Assembly (NCBI GenBank): GCA_963795085.1
Contig: CAWCFX010000004.1
Coordinates: 1 to 64,000, forward strand
Direction: 5' to 3'
Source of the DNA: an uncultured Gemmatimonadales bacterium
GTDB taxonomy: Bacteria; Gemmatimonadota; Gemmatimonadetes; Gemmatimonadales; GWC2-71-9
DNA: 64,000 nucleotides
Shown: positions 10,576-20,835 of the stretch, piece by piece
How the letters are laid out: each line of letters begins with the position of its first letter
Position numbering within the stretch: position 1 is the first letter of the stretch
The notes under the pieces: generated by a model
Databases searched by the model: none
What the model was told of the DNA's origin: nothing
What the model saw: only the letters and a program-made list of their open reading frames with translations
Translations under genes and position numbers: made by a program

Positions 10576-13500
10576 ATGGCCAATGGTCACTCCCCCAGCG
10601 TCTCTCCTGACGCTCCGCTGACTCTTATCACCCTTGGCGGGGCGGCGCTCGTGTTGCCCGCCGGCGACGGCCCGCCCCAAATCGTCCTCGGGCCAGGCAA
10701 GCCGCTCGCCCTCCTCACCTACCTCGCCCTGACCCACGGCCACCGGGCCAGCCGGGAATTCCTGCTGGACCTGCTCTGGGCCGACCTGGAGCCCGACCGG
10801 GCTCGCCACGCCCTCCGGCAAACCATCTATTACCTCCGCCAGCCGCTGGGGGACGGGATCCTGAGTGGGACGGCAAACGAGGTGGAACTGGGACGCCTGA
10901 TTCGGGCCGACCGGGAGGACTTTCTCGACGCGGTGGACCGGGGGGACCTGGAATCGGCCTTCCGGCTCTATGGCGGGCCTTTCCTGCCCAACCTCTCGGT
11001 ACCCGGTGGCGCCGAGTTTGACGATTGGGTCCAAATCGAAAGAGGGAGGCTCAAGAGCATTTTCCATCGCTCCGCCGAGACGCTGGCGCGCCGGTACCTC
11101 GGCGGCTCTCGCGCCCGGGATGCGCAATCCATTGCCCGGCGGCTCAAGAAGGAAGATCCGCTCAGCGAGCCCGCCCGCCGTCTCCTGATCGAGGCATGCC
11201 TCGCCGCCCAGGATACGCTCTCGGCCCAGAATGAAGCCGACGAGCTGGAGGCAATGCTCCGGAGCGAGTCACGGACCGCGGATGCCGCAACGCGAAACGT
11301 TCTGACGCTGGTGCACCAGACGGGATTGATTGAAGGAAGGAGCGAGTCCACCTCGCTGGCGGTGGACCTCGTTGGCCGGGAGAAGATCTTCTCCGAAACC
11401 CTCGCCTCGTGGACCAGTGCCCGCGGCCGACCCGGCCGGCATCTCCACTTTTCGGGCGGTGCCGGGTTGGGCAAGACCCGGTTGCTCCTCGATCTTGCGG
11501 CCCGGCTCCGGACCCAGAGGTCCCGGGTGCTCTACCTCCGCTGCAATCCCGGGGAACGACAGATTCCCTACTCGTTCGCGGCCGAGCTGGCCCGCACCCT
11601 GGTTGAACTGCCAGGGGCGGCCGCGATCTCCTCAGCCGATGCAGCGGCGCTCGTCGCCCTGAGCCCGGCTGTTTCCGCCCGCTATTCCGCTGCCCCGCCC
11701 GATCCGTCCTCCGGCGACGAAGCACTTCGGCGCCGCACCTCGGCCCTGGTCCAGCTCATTCGGGTGGTGAGTGAAGAACACCCAATGGTGATCATGCTGG
11801 ACGACATGCACTGGCTGGACCTGCCGACCAGGACCATCCTCCGTGCCGTCCTCGATCATGTGGCCGAGTGGCCGGTTCTCCTGGTGACGGCGGCCCGTCC
11901 CCTGGCAACGAGCTGGCTGGAGAGTGATCACAGCCGGATCCAACACCTGGTGCCGCTGACCGCCAGACCAGGTCGGGCAGGTCCTCACCAGTCTGGCGTC
12001 ATTTCCGGACGAACCGTGGGCGCGCAAGCTGCCCAAGGCTCTTCATCAGGCCACGGGGGGCTCCCCGCTGCTGGTACTGGAGACCATCCAGCTCGCGCTC
12101 GAGCGAAATACCCTGGAGCGGAAGGGATCGGCCTGGAGCTGTCCTGATCCTGCCCGTCTGTCGGCCGACCTGCAGGGAGGGCAGCGCACTTCGGCACCGG
12201 ATCGGCAGTCTCGATCCGGCAGGAAGAGACATCCTTCTCGCCCTTGCCCTTGCCGGCGCACCGCTCTCGGCCACGAGATCTGGCTGACCTGCTCAGCCAC
12301 GAAGCGGCTCTGATTGAGACCGAACTGGGTGTCCTCGAACAGCGTGGCTTCGTGACGCAGGCGGACCATCACTGGAGACCGGCTCACGATGAGATCGCTG
12401 AACGGGCAGTGGAAGGGGCCACCCAGCAGGACCTGGCCCGGGTTCACGAGTCACTGGGCAGGCTGTACGCAAGACAACCTCATTCCGACCGGCAAACCCT
12501 GCTACGGGCCGCTCACCATCTCAGCGCGAGCAATTCGAAGGTAGAACTGGGCCGAGTCTACGTTCGATGGATGACGCTGGCCCGAAAGGAGCGGGACGGA
12601 AGGCGGTCACGTGATCTGGCGGTCGAGTTGCTTGGGGAAGCGGCTGACGAAGCGAGCGTTCAGCGCCTGGTCACATCACTCCCGGTATGGAATCGCATTC
12701 GACTCAGCTCCGCGGCCCGGGTGGGCGCAGTTGGTATTGGCCTTCTCGCTGTGATCGCCAGCGGACTCGCACTTCTTCCAGGCAAAGCGAGTCCCCCGGA
12801 AGCCAAGCTTGTATTTCTCGCGGGGCGAAACGAGCTCGGGTTACGAGATTCCGATCCGGCGCGAGGGCTGGCGATCGGCCGATCCGATCGCGCTCGCAGA
12901 GCAACAGGTCATCGACCATCCCCTGGGCCCCGGCCCCGCCGTGACCAACCTGGCGCCCAGCCCGGACGGCGTTCAGTGGGCTTATGTCCAGCAAATCGAC
13001 AATATCAACACCGTCGATGTTTATGTCTATTCAGCGGCGGGAGAACGGCTCCTCGTCCACGCACCGCGAGATGATGGAATGCCTGCCTGGTCTGGCGATG
13101 GAGCCCACATGGTAATTGCCACCGCCCGCTGGAGTCCCGAAGGGGCCGATGACTATGATATTGCCACTGTGAACCCGGCTACCGGCGAAGTCAGGCAGTC
13201 CACCGCCGGACCTGACTTTGATACCTCCCCCATGTACTCCCCGGACTCGCGCCAGATCGGTTTTCTCCGGCGTCCCCGGAAAGCGAGACCTTATGAGGTC
13301 TGCCTGATCCGCGATAACACCCGCCCCATGTCATGTCCCTTGAAGGGGATTCCCGAGGTCCTGGACTGGTATGGCTGGTACAATGAGTCACAGTGGTTGA
13401 TCAAGCTCGATAACAAAGGTATTCCTGACCTCGCCCTCTATGATATCCATACAGGTGACATGGAGATCATCGATCACGATGTATCCGCTGCGTACCTCGA

Positions 13501-14620
13501 CCCCACTCGGCGGTGGCTGGTCGTTCGCGCCCAACGGGCCGGAATGACTCGTTCGGCCTGGTATGTGTATCCGGTGGGCCAGCGGGAGCAGGAGCGGATG
13601 ATTGATCTGGGTGAGATTTCCATCGACGACTACAAGCCTCTCTGGGTACCAGTGCCTCGGGAAGGAAGCGAATCCAGGTCGGTGAGAATCGTTCAGCCTC
13701 CCGGCTCGATCCTGGCCGGAACGACCAGTCGCTTGCGGGCGCAGGCATTCAACCTCAAGGGCAGTCCCGTGCCCGCTCGAGGCGGCGTTGCCTGGGTGTC
13801 GCGGGACACCACCCTCCTATCGGTGGATTCAGCCGGAACAGCACGTGCGCACCGCGCCGGCCGGGTCTACGTCCTTGCGATTCTGAGAAGCAATCGTCGC
13901 CTGAGGGACTCGGTACCGCTCAGCATTAGCGAGCAGGCTCCGGTAGTGGTTTTCAGGGAGACCTGGGATCGCGGCATAGCCGCCTCGTGGATCCCGTTTG
14001 GGGAACCGCGACCCCAGGTGGCGACGGGACCTCAGGGAGTGAGAGGGTTCTGGAACCGGGGGGATGGTTCGTATGCCAGTGGAGCGTATAGTCGAAAGCA
14101 CTGGAGCGGTGAGTCAGGCCTCGGATTGTCTGTCAGGATCTCCGCTCGAATCACCCGAACGCAGTGGCAAAGCGCGATGATCGAGGTGGTCGGAGGATTG
14201 GACTCCTCAGAGTTGGGCCAATGGGACCACTCCACGACCATAATGCCGTTGAACGCCAGAGATCACCATCCGAGGCTTTGCGGACTGGGATACCCTGGCG
14301 GTGAAGGCGTTTTGGCTGTGAGCAGGATTGGCCTGACGGGAGGAGGTGGAGCAACGAGAAGCATCCCGGTTGATTCCAGCTTTGCGTCGGGCCGATGGTT
14401 CGAGGTGGTGGTACAAGTGTTCGCCGACGGGAGGTGCGGGTTCGCCGTCAACGGCATACCGGTCTGGCGGTCCGAGAATCCGGTGCTGCGTGACCGCGAG
14501 TTCGCCGTTCTGCTGGGCCACGGTTCCGCCGATACCAAAGTGCTGATCGGCCCAATCGAAGTCTGGCAGGGCGTGAGAACGGACATAGACTGGGGGCTGC
14601 TGGACGAGTCTGTGCAGTGA
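10576..14620 (+). pseudogene. SARP/BTAD transcriptional activator + AAA (P-loop) ATPase + TM helix + TolB-like propeller + Ig-like/lectin-like C-terminus, split by several frameshifts
   Basis: LGPGKPLALLTYLAL..ARHALRQTIYYLR (winged helix), DPLSEPARRLLI (BTAD), GGAGLGKT Walker A, IMLDDMHW Walker B, GGSPLL, TM at about 12720-12780, PAWSGDG/PMYSPDS repeats. Frame changes near 11965, 12180, 12270 and 12830. Confidence 0.8.
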
Positions 14621-14692
14621 TACTGACCGACAGGAATCATTCCCGCGGCTTGCCTGGAGTGCACAGCGCAGGGAGCAGCAGCAGCTTTCCGG

Positions 14693-14990
14693 GCTGATGC
14701 GCCTGGTGCAGAACCTGGACGGCATCATCGGTCTCCGCTTCGAGGAGAAACCGGAGATGCTGGGCGCGTGGCGCAGCGCCCGCAACGTGGCCTGGCCGGA
14801 AGTCGAGGCCGGGAGGCCGCCGGAGGGCGAGCGGCCGGCCGCGTGAAGGAGTGCGCGGTGAAGTAGCAGGTGTGTGAGTATTACCTTTATCAAGCAGGTG
14901 CTATCGTGTGGGGACTCGAGTCGGCCGGCGGCCGCTGATCGGAAGGTTCGATCGGAGGCCGCCGTCCTTTTTTGGGTCACGAAGGCACGA
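14693..14990 (+). repeat. Direct repeat copy 2: 3' remnant of the 7042-7716 gene plus its downstream region
   Basis: Encodes LMRLVQNLDGIIGLRFEEKPEMLGAWRSARNVAWPEVEAGRPPEGERPAA* with no 5' part. Confidence 0.95.
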
Positions 14991-15126
14991 GTAACAGGCA
15001 ACAAAAGCCGAACAACAAAGAAGGAAATTGTCAAAAGCGCCAAAAAAGAAAGGTATTTGGCCCTCTGGCCCCCTTGCCCCCCTGCCCCCTTGGTGTTCCT
15101 GCGTACCCTGCGGTGAGCTGTTGCTG

Positions 15127-15625
15127 TCGGCCTGCGGCCTCCTCGCAATGACTGTACAGGGTTCGATGGCTTAAGCGGGCTCCGGAGAAGGGGAAGCAGA
15201 TTGCCACTCGGCCTGCGGCCTCCTCGCAATGACTGTGCGGGGTTCGATGGCTTAAGCGGGCTCCGGAGAAGGGGAAGCAGATTGCCACGTCGGCCTGCGG
15301 CCTCCTCGCAATGACTGTGCAAGGTTCGATGGCTTAAGCGGGCTCCGGAGAAGGGGAAGCAGATTGCCACGTCGGCCTGCGGCCTCCTCGCAATGACTAT
15401 GCAAGGTTCGATGGCTTAAGTGAAGGGGAAGCAGATTGCCACGTCGGCCTGCGGCCTCCTCGCAATGACTGTACAGGGTTCGATGGCTTAAGCGGGCTCC
15501 GGAGAAGGGGAGCAGATTGCCACGTCGGCCTGCGGCCTCCTCGCAATGACATGCAAGGTTCGATGGCTGAAGCGGGCTCCGGAGAAGCAGATTGCCACGT
15601 CGGCCTGCGGCCTCCTCGCAATGAC
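15127..15625. repeat. Tandem array of about 81 bp units containing the REP-like core GATTGCCACGTCGGCCTGCGGCCTCCTCGCAATGAC (7 cores)
   Basis: Cores at about 15127, 15208, 15290, 15372, 15444, 15525 and 15600; linkers nearly identical. Confidence 0.92.
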
Positions 15626-15635
15626 CAATTACAAA

Positions 15636-15717
15636 TTCCAACATTCCCTCAATTCCCCCATTCCCTCAATTCCCCCATTCCCTCAATTCCCCCATTCCCT
15701 CAATTCCCCCATTCCCC
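15636..15717. repeat. (CATTCCCTCAATTCCCC)n-type short tandem repeat
   Basis: Seen directly. Confidence 0.85.
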
Positions 15718-15810
15718 ACCTTGCCGTCCCTCGCCTCCTGCCGGCTTGGTTTTACCCCGCGGGACGCCACCGCTCGAGCTTCGCACTATTGCCCAATGAG
15801 GACATGCCCC

Positions 15811-16284
15811 ATGCCCAAAAACACGATCTGTCTCTGGTACGACCACGATGCCGAAGCGGCCGCGCGCTTCTACGCCGCGACCTTCCCCGACAGCCAGGTC
15901 ACCGCCGTGCGCAAGGCGCCGGCCGACTATCCCGACGGCAAGGCCGGCGATGCCCTGACGGTCGAGTTCACCGTCATGGGCATCCCCTGCATCGGCCTCA
16001 ACGGCGGGCCCCACTTCAAGCAGAGCGAAGCCTTCTCCTTCCAGGTCCTGACCGATGACCAGGCGGAAACCGACCGCCTCTGGAACGCGATCGTGGCGAA
16101 CGGCGGGCAGGAAAGCATGTGCGGGTGGTGCAAGGACCGGTGGGGGGTGAGCTGGCAGATCACCCCGCGGGTCCTGACGGAGGCCATGGCCAAAGGCGGC
16201 GCGGCTGCCAAGCGCGCGTTCGACGCGATGATGCCGATGAAGAAAATCGATGTCGCGGCGATCGAGGCCGCGGTGCGGGGGTAG
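15811..16284 (+). CDS. VOC/PhnB-like protein (3-demethylubiquinone-9 3-methyltransferase-like family)
   Basis: ICLWYDHDAEAAARFY..LNGGPHFKQSEAFSFQV..CGWCKDRWGVSWQITP; RBS GAGGA. Confidence 0.92.
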   Translation: MPKNTICLWYDHDAEAAARFYAATFPDSQVTAVRKAPADYPDGKAGDALTVEFTVMGIPCIGLNGGPHFKQSEAFSFQVLTDDQAETDRLWNAIVANGGQESMCGWCKDRWGVSWQITPRVLTEAMAKGGAAAKRAFDAMMPMKKIDVAAIEAAVRG

Positions 16285-16480
16285 ACAGTGGGTCAGTGGG
16301 ACAGTGGGACAGTGGGACAGTGGGACAGTGGGACAGTGGGACAGTGGGACAGTGGGACAGTGGGACAGTGGGAAGGGGGCAAGGGGGCAAGGGGGCAAGG
16401 GGGCAAGGGGGCAGGCTGCCAAGAACCACCGTCCGGTTCCCCCTTCCCCTGCACGGGGGAAGGGGGACAGGGGGTTAGGG
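16285..16480 (+). repeat. (CAGTGGGA)n octamer, then (GGGGCAAG)n, then REP-like palindrome
   Basis: Begins immediately after the VOC stop codon. Confidence 0.92.
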
Positions 16481-16760
16481 ATGAAAACCGGTAAACGGTG
16501 AGCAGTAAGCGGTGAACGGGACCAGGGGCAAGACTCGAGTGCGACATTGCAGCTGGTCCTGACTTCAGTCCCGCTCACCGTTCACCGTTGACTGTTTACC
16601 GTACCCCGGTGTGCTGTGAGTTGCGTACTCTGCGGTGTGCTGTTCCTGTAGCACCCGGGGATGGCCCGATAGAAGTTGGTGATGAACGTCACAGTCGTCG
16701 CGGTCACGCCCGGGCTATCATCCGGGTCGACTGGGACAAAAGTCACCACCAGGCAGGCTG

Positions 16761-17540
16761 ATGTCATTTCGTAGACGATTCACGAGCGCGGTCCGATCTC
16801 CCGACAAGGTTGCTGCTGCGGCTCTCCATTATGTGCTCACCCCCATCGGTCACCGCGATTTCCGGCGCTTTGTCGTGCTGTCGCGGTCCCGGACGGGGTC
16901 CAATCTGCTCATCTCGATGCTGAGCTCGCATCCCCGGATCCACGCGAAAGGAGAGTTGTTGCGCCGGCTGGACGGACGCGATCCCGCGCGGGTGCTCGGC
17001 GGGGTGTTCGGCCGCCAGCCGTTCTACGTGAAAGCCGCCGGCTTCAAGATGTTCTATTACCACCCGCTGGATGATCAGACCGGCACCACGTGGAAGCTCC
17101 TGGCCTCCGTCGAGGACCTGCACATCATTCATCTCAAGCGACGAAACATCCTTCGCACCCTGGTATCCCGGGCCATCGCGGGCCATACCAACCAGTGGAC
17201 TGCCCCCGCCAGGCGGGAGACGCGGAGGGGGCACTGCACCGCGTTGACGTTATCCCCCGACGAGCTTCGCGCCGGCTTTCGGGAAACCCGGCAGTGGGAA
17301 CAATCTTCCGAGCATCGCTTCGGGACCTATCCCACAATAACGATTGAGTATGAAGACCTGGTTGACAATCCGGAGCTGGTGTTCGGCCAGGCCTGCAATT
17401 TTGTGAAGGTGCCCTACCAGAGGCCGAAGACCGCCATCACCCGGCAGAATAGCCGGAGCCTTCGCGACACCCTGGCCAACTACGACGAACTCAAGTCGGA
17501 GTTTGCCGGGAGCGAATGGGAGCCATGGTTTGAGGAGTGA
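16761..17540 (+). CDS. P-loop sulfotransferase (Stf0/Sulfotransfer_3-like)
   Basis: FVVLSRSRTGSNLLISMLSSHP (5'-PSB loop), IIHLKRRNILRTLVS (3'-PB), IEYEDLVDNP. Confidence 0.85.
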   Translation: MSFRRRFTSAVRSPDKVAAAALHYVLTPIGHRDFRRFVVLSRSRTGSNLLISMLSSHPRIHAKGELLRRLDGRDPARVLGGVFGRQPFYVKAAGFKMFYYHPLDDQTGTTWKLLASVEDLHIIHLKRRNILRTLVSRAIAGHTNQWTAPARRETRRGHCTALTLSPDELRAGFRETRQWEQSSEHRFGTYPTITIEYEDLVDNPELVFGQACNFVKVPYQRPKTAITRQNSRSLRDTLANYDELKSEFAGSEWEPWFEE

Positions 17541-17901
17541 AGGCAATAGGGCCGCAAACAACTTTGATTTAGTGATTGTGTGTTTTTGTGATTTAGTGAT
17601 TTACAGCAACAGCACACCGCAGAGCATCCGCAGATTTCGCAGAAACAAACCCCACCAATCGCTAAACCACTAAACCCACAATCACCAATTCCCGAACACC
17701 TGGCCCTTCGTTCCCCCTTCCCCCGAACGGGGGAAGGGGGACAGGGGGTTAGGGATCTCGGGAGAGTCACCGCGACACGGCAACAGCCCAGTGGACGCCG
17801 AGACGTCGCTGAGTTCGCAATGACTCCGCGAGGCTTCTGCGTCCTCTGCCGTCAGCTGTTACCGCCTTCCGCCTTACCGCCTTACCGCCTACCTTCCACC
17901 C

Positions 17902-18681
17902 GTGCCACCTCCGCTGCTCGCGCCCCCCAACCGGGGCCTCCTGCTCGACACGGTGGTCCTCGCCGGCAACCTCCTCGGCGTCTTCCTCCTCGAGGGGTTG
18001 TTCCACGACCTCCTCCGCCAGGCCGCGGCCGACGACCCCAGCGCGATCCGGCTGCTCTTCGCCGGCGCCGTCCTGCTCTTTGTCCTGGCCCCCCTGGGCG
18101 CCACCCTCAAGCGCTGGCATTACCACCACCGCCGCGAGGAAGAAGGACTCTCCCCGGCCGCGCCGGATCTCCTCGGCGGCTGCCTCTTCAACCCGATCTT
18201 CTATTTCTGCCTCGCCGCCGTCATCTTCGCCGCCGTCAACGCGTTCATCATGCAGCAGGCGTTCGGCAACCGGGAACCCGGCGGCGCCATCTTCGTGTCG
18301 TCCATCCTGGGCGGGCTGGTGCTCATCATTCTGCACACCGTGCTGGTCTACCGCTACTTCTCGCCGCCCCGGCACCCACCCCGCTCAGCCTTCCTCCGCT
18401 CGCCGGTATCCGGATGGCTCGGCGATGCCTGTCTCTTCCTCAACATGCTGCTCTTTCAGCTGATCTGGAACCTGCTCTCGTTCGCCGGCCTGGGACCGCC
18501 CGGGAGCGCGCTGGACGCGGTTGCCCGCCTCCTGGTGCTGGCATTCCTCGCGCTGCTCCTCTACTTCCCACCCCGGATGTTCTACCTGGCCGAAGATGGG
18601 GACAAGGCGCGGACCTGGGCGATGATCCTGCTGGCGAACAGCCCGGTGATTGTGAGGATGGTGCTGGGGGCGAAGATATAG
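17902..18681 (+). CDS. Multi-pass membrane hypothetical protein
   Basis: About 7 hydrophobic segments; GC3-rich codon usage. Confidence 0.8.
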   Translation: MPPPLLAPPNRGLLLDTVVLAGNLLGVFLLEGLFHDLLRQAAADDPSAIRLLFAGAVLLFVLAPLGATLKRWHYHHRREEEGLSPAAPDLLGGCLFNPIFYFCLAAVIFAAVNAFIMQQAFGNREPGGAIFVSSILGGLVLIILHTVLVYRYFSPPRHPPRSAFLRSPVSGWLGDACLFLNMLLFQLIWNLLSFAGLGPPGSALDAVARLLVLAFLALLLYFPPRMFYLAEDGDKARTWAMILLANSPVIVRMVLGAKI

Positions 18682-18873
18682 GACAGTGGGACAGTGGGTC
18701 AGTGGGACAGTGGGACAGTGGGACAGTGGGACAGTGGGACAGTGGGACAGTGGGACAGTGGGACAGTGGGACAGTGGGTCAGTGGGTCAGTGGGACAGTG
18801 GGTCAGTGGGACAGTGGGTCAGTGGGTCAGTGGGTCAGTGGGTCAGTGGGACAGTGGGGCAGTGGGACAGTGG
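18682..18873 (+). repeat. (CAGTGGGA/CAGTGGGT)n octamer array, over 20 units
   Basis: Starts right after the stop codon at 18681. Confidence 0.95.
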
Positions 18874-18924
18874 GGGGCAAGGGGGGTCAACAGCTGATGC
18901 GGAGTTCCGGGGCGATTGCGAGAA

Positions 18925-19161
18925 ACAGCAACAGCTCACCGCAGAGGACGCAGGGACAGCATGACGCTGAGTCCGCAGATGGCACCTTAGTGACGCGGGT
19001 TTCCTTGAGACGACAAGAGCACGAAACTACAAAGGATGAAAGAAAGGGAATTATGAAACGACAGCCTATTCGGCTCTTGTACTGTTGTCGTGTCTTGTAG
19101 TTCCTGCATTTGTAGTTCCTGCTTTGAAGTTGCGGCGTACTCTGCGGTGGGCTGTTGCTGT
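18925..19161. mobile_element. MITE-like element with about 22 bp imperfect terminal inverted repeats (ACAGCAACAGCTCACCGCAGAG)
   Basis: TIR pair; interior related to 20270-20553 and 25200-25305. No transposase in the window. Confidence 0.5.
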
Positions 19162-19237
19162 CACCAGGGTCGGATGACTCGAACGGGCTTCAAGGCAAGG
19201 AGAGCGGATTGCTTCGACGGCCTTCGGCCCCTGGCGA

Positions 19238-20125
19238 TCAGGGTTTCGCGCCGAAACCGCGAGCCCACGTTGCGAATGCCGGGGTCAGCCCGTCCAGCTC
19301 CCCCAGCACCGAGTCGGTAGTCCACTCCTGTGCGTGACCCCAGGGCAGGCGCCGCAGCTCGATGAGCAGCCGGGTGCCATGGGCATCGTGGAGCTCCGCC
19401 GCACGAAGGTTCAGCATCAGCTGGTACCACTCGTAGGTCCGGGCCAGCTCGCGCCCGCCGAGTGAGCCCATGAACCGCCAATCCAGCGAGATCACCGCGG
19501 GGGTAAACGCGGCCACCTCGGCGGCCCACTCCTGCCTGGCCGCCCTGGCCCAGGCGGGGTCAACCGACGCGATGTAGTCATAGGCGAAATACGTCGCGAC
19601 CAGCTCGCGGAACCAGTGCACCGGGATGTAGTCGGCGGTGTCGCCGGCCCGGTAGTATTCCTTCGCCGCCACGTGCCCGTATTCGTGGAGGGTGACGAAA
19701 TCCACCAGCCGCCGTCCGGCCACGGGGCTCCGCCCCTCGACCAGGAGCCCGGTGGTCAGTGAGGACGGCACCACCAGCAGCCGGTCGTTCATTGCCGGCC
19801 AGGGGATGGCGTACGGGATGCCGGGGATGTCGGCAAACCAGTCATCCGGGCCGAGCGCGGCCAGCTGGAGTGGGAAGGACAGGCCCAGCTCGGCGTCAAA
19901 CATCGCGGCCGCGCTCTCGACAAGCACCGCAAGCTCCCGGGCCCGCGCGCGATCGGCGGCCGCAAAGTGAGCGGTGACCCGCCCCACCTGCTCGGTCGCC
20001 AGGCCCAGGCGAGACAGCACCGCCATCGGCGCTTCGGCTTGCGCCGAGGCCGGCGACGGCAACGCTGCCAGCCCAGCGGCGAGCGACACGGCAACCGCGG
20101 CCGTACATGAAAGCCATCGTGCCAT
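19238..20125 (-). CDS. Secreted protein with HExxH zinc-metallopeptidase motif
   Basis: Signal peptide MARWLSCTAAVAVSLAAGLAA..ASAQ; TLHEYGH..WFRELVA gluzincin-like pattern. Confidence 0.72.
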   Translation of the reverse strand: MARWLSCTAAVAVSLAAGLAALPSPASAQAEAPMAVLSRLGLATEQVGRVTAHFAAADRARARELAVLVESAAAMFDAELGLSFPLQLAALGPDDWFADIPGIPYAIPWPAMNDRLLVVPSSLTTGLLVEGRSPVAGRRLVDFVTLHEYGHVAAKEYYRAGDTADYIPVHWFRELVATYFAYDYIASVDPAWARAARQEWAAEVAAFTPAVISLDWRFMGSLGGRELARTYEWYQLMLNLRAAELHDAHGTRLLIELRRLPWGHAQEWTTDSVLGELDGLTPAFATWARGFGAKP

Positions 20126-20269
20126 CTTGCACCTTACTCTCTCGGGGCCGGATGCGACCGACGGGGGAAGTGATCTGTCCGCGGTGACTGCCAACGCGAA
20201 GGACGATGTCCGAGCATAAGCCCGCCGCACGGGCTGGGCAACCGGTGACCTTGTTGGCTCCACCAGCAG

Positions 20270-20553
20270 CCTGCAACAGCTCTCCGCAGAGGACAGTAAA
20301 GGCACGGCGCTGAGTTCGCGGATTGACGCGTGTGGACGCGAGCTTCGTTGAGGCGGCAAAAGCCTGAACTACAAATGATGAAAACAAGTGGAATAATGAA
20401 GAACGGCCTATTCAGTCTCTTGATTGTTGTTGTTCTTTGTAGTTCCTGCTTTTGTTGTTTGTAGTTCGTGCTTTCGTTCTTTGTAGTCCCTGCTGTTGCT
20501 GTCCCTGCGAACTCTGCGAAACCTCTGCGCCCTCTGCGGTGAGCTGTTGCAGG
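20270..20553. mobile_element. MITE-like element, same TIR family
   Basis: CCTGCAACAGCTCTCCGCAGAGG ... CCTCTGCGGTGAGCTGTTGCAGG. Confidence 0.5.
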
Positions 20554-20718
20554 ACTACACAAGCAGGAACGATTCCCTTTGTTGTTTCCTTTGGAGGAGT
20601 TGCTTTGCTGTTCGTGCTTTCGTGATAAGGGCAGAGTCCGACTGAACAGCTAGGCAGATTGCTTCGTCGGCCTGCGGCCTCCTCGCAATGACTCGTAAGG
20701 GTCTCGACCACTCACCGT

Positions 20719-20835
20719 CCCACTGACCCACTGTCCCACTGACCCACTGTCCCACTGACCCACTGACCCACTGACCCACTGTCCCACTGTCCCACTGTCC
20801 CACTGTCCCACTGTCCCACTGTCCCACTGTCCCAC
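20719..20835 (-). repeat. (CAGTGGGA)n octamer array on the minus strand
   Basis: Abuts the stop codon of 20836-22071. Confidence 0.95.

Noticed and set aside
8518..14990. Diversity-generating retroelement (TR/VR pair) for the Kelch duplication or the 297 bp repeat
   Set aside because: No adenine-specific mismatch pattern and no reverse transcriptase in the window.
15127..15625. CRISPR array
   Set aside because: Linkers are near-identical rather than unique spacers, the core recurs as dispersed inverted pairs elsewhere, and there are no cas genes.
16119..18964. ORFs with GTVGQWDS / SHCPTVPL repeats
   Set aside because: They are translations of the octamer microsatellite.
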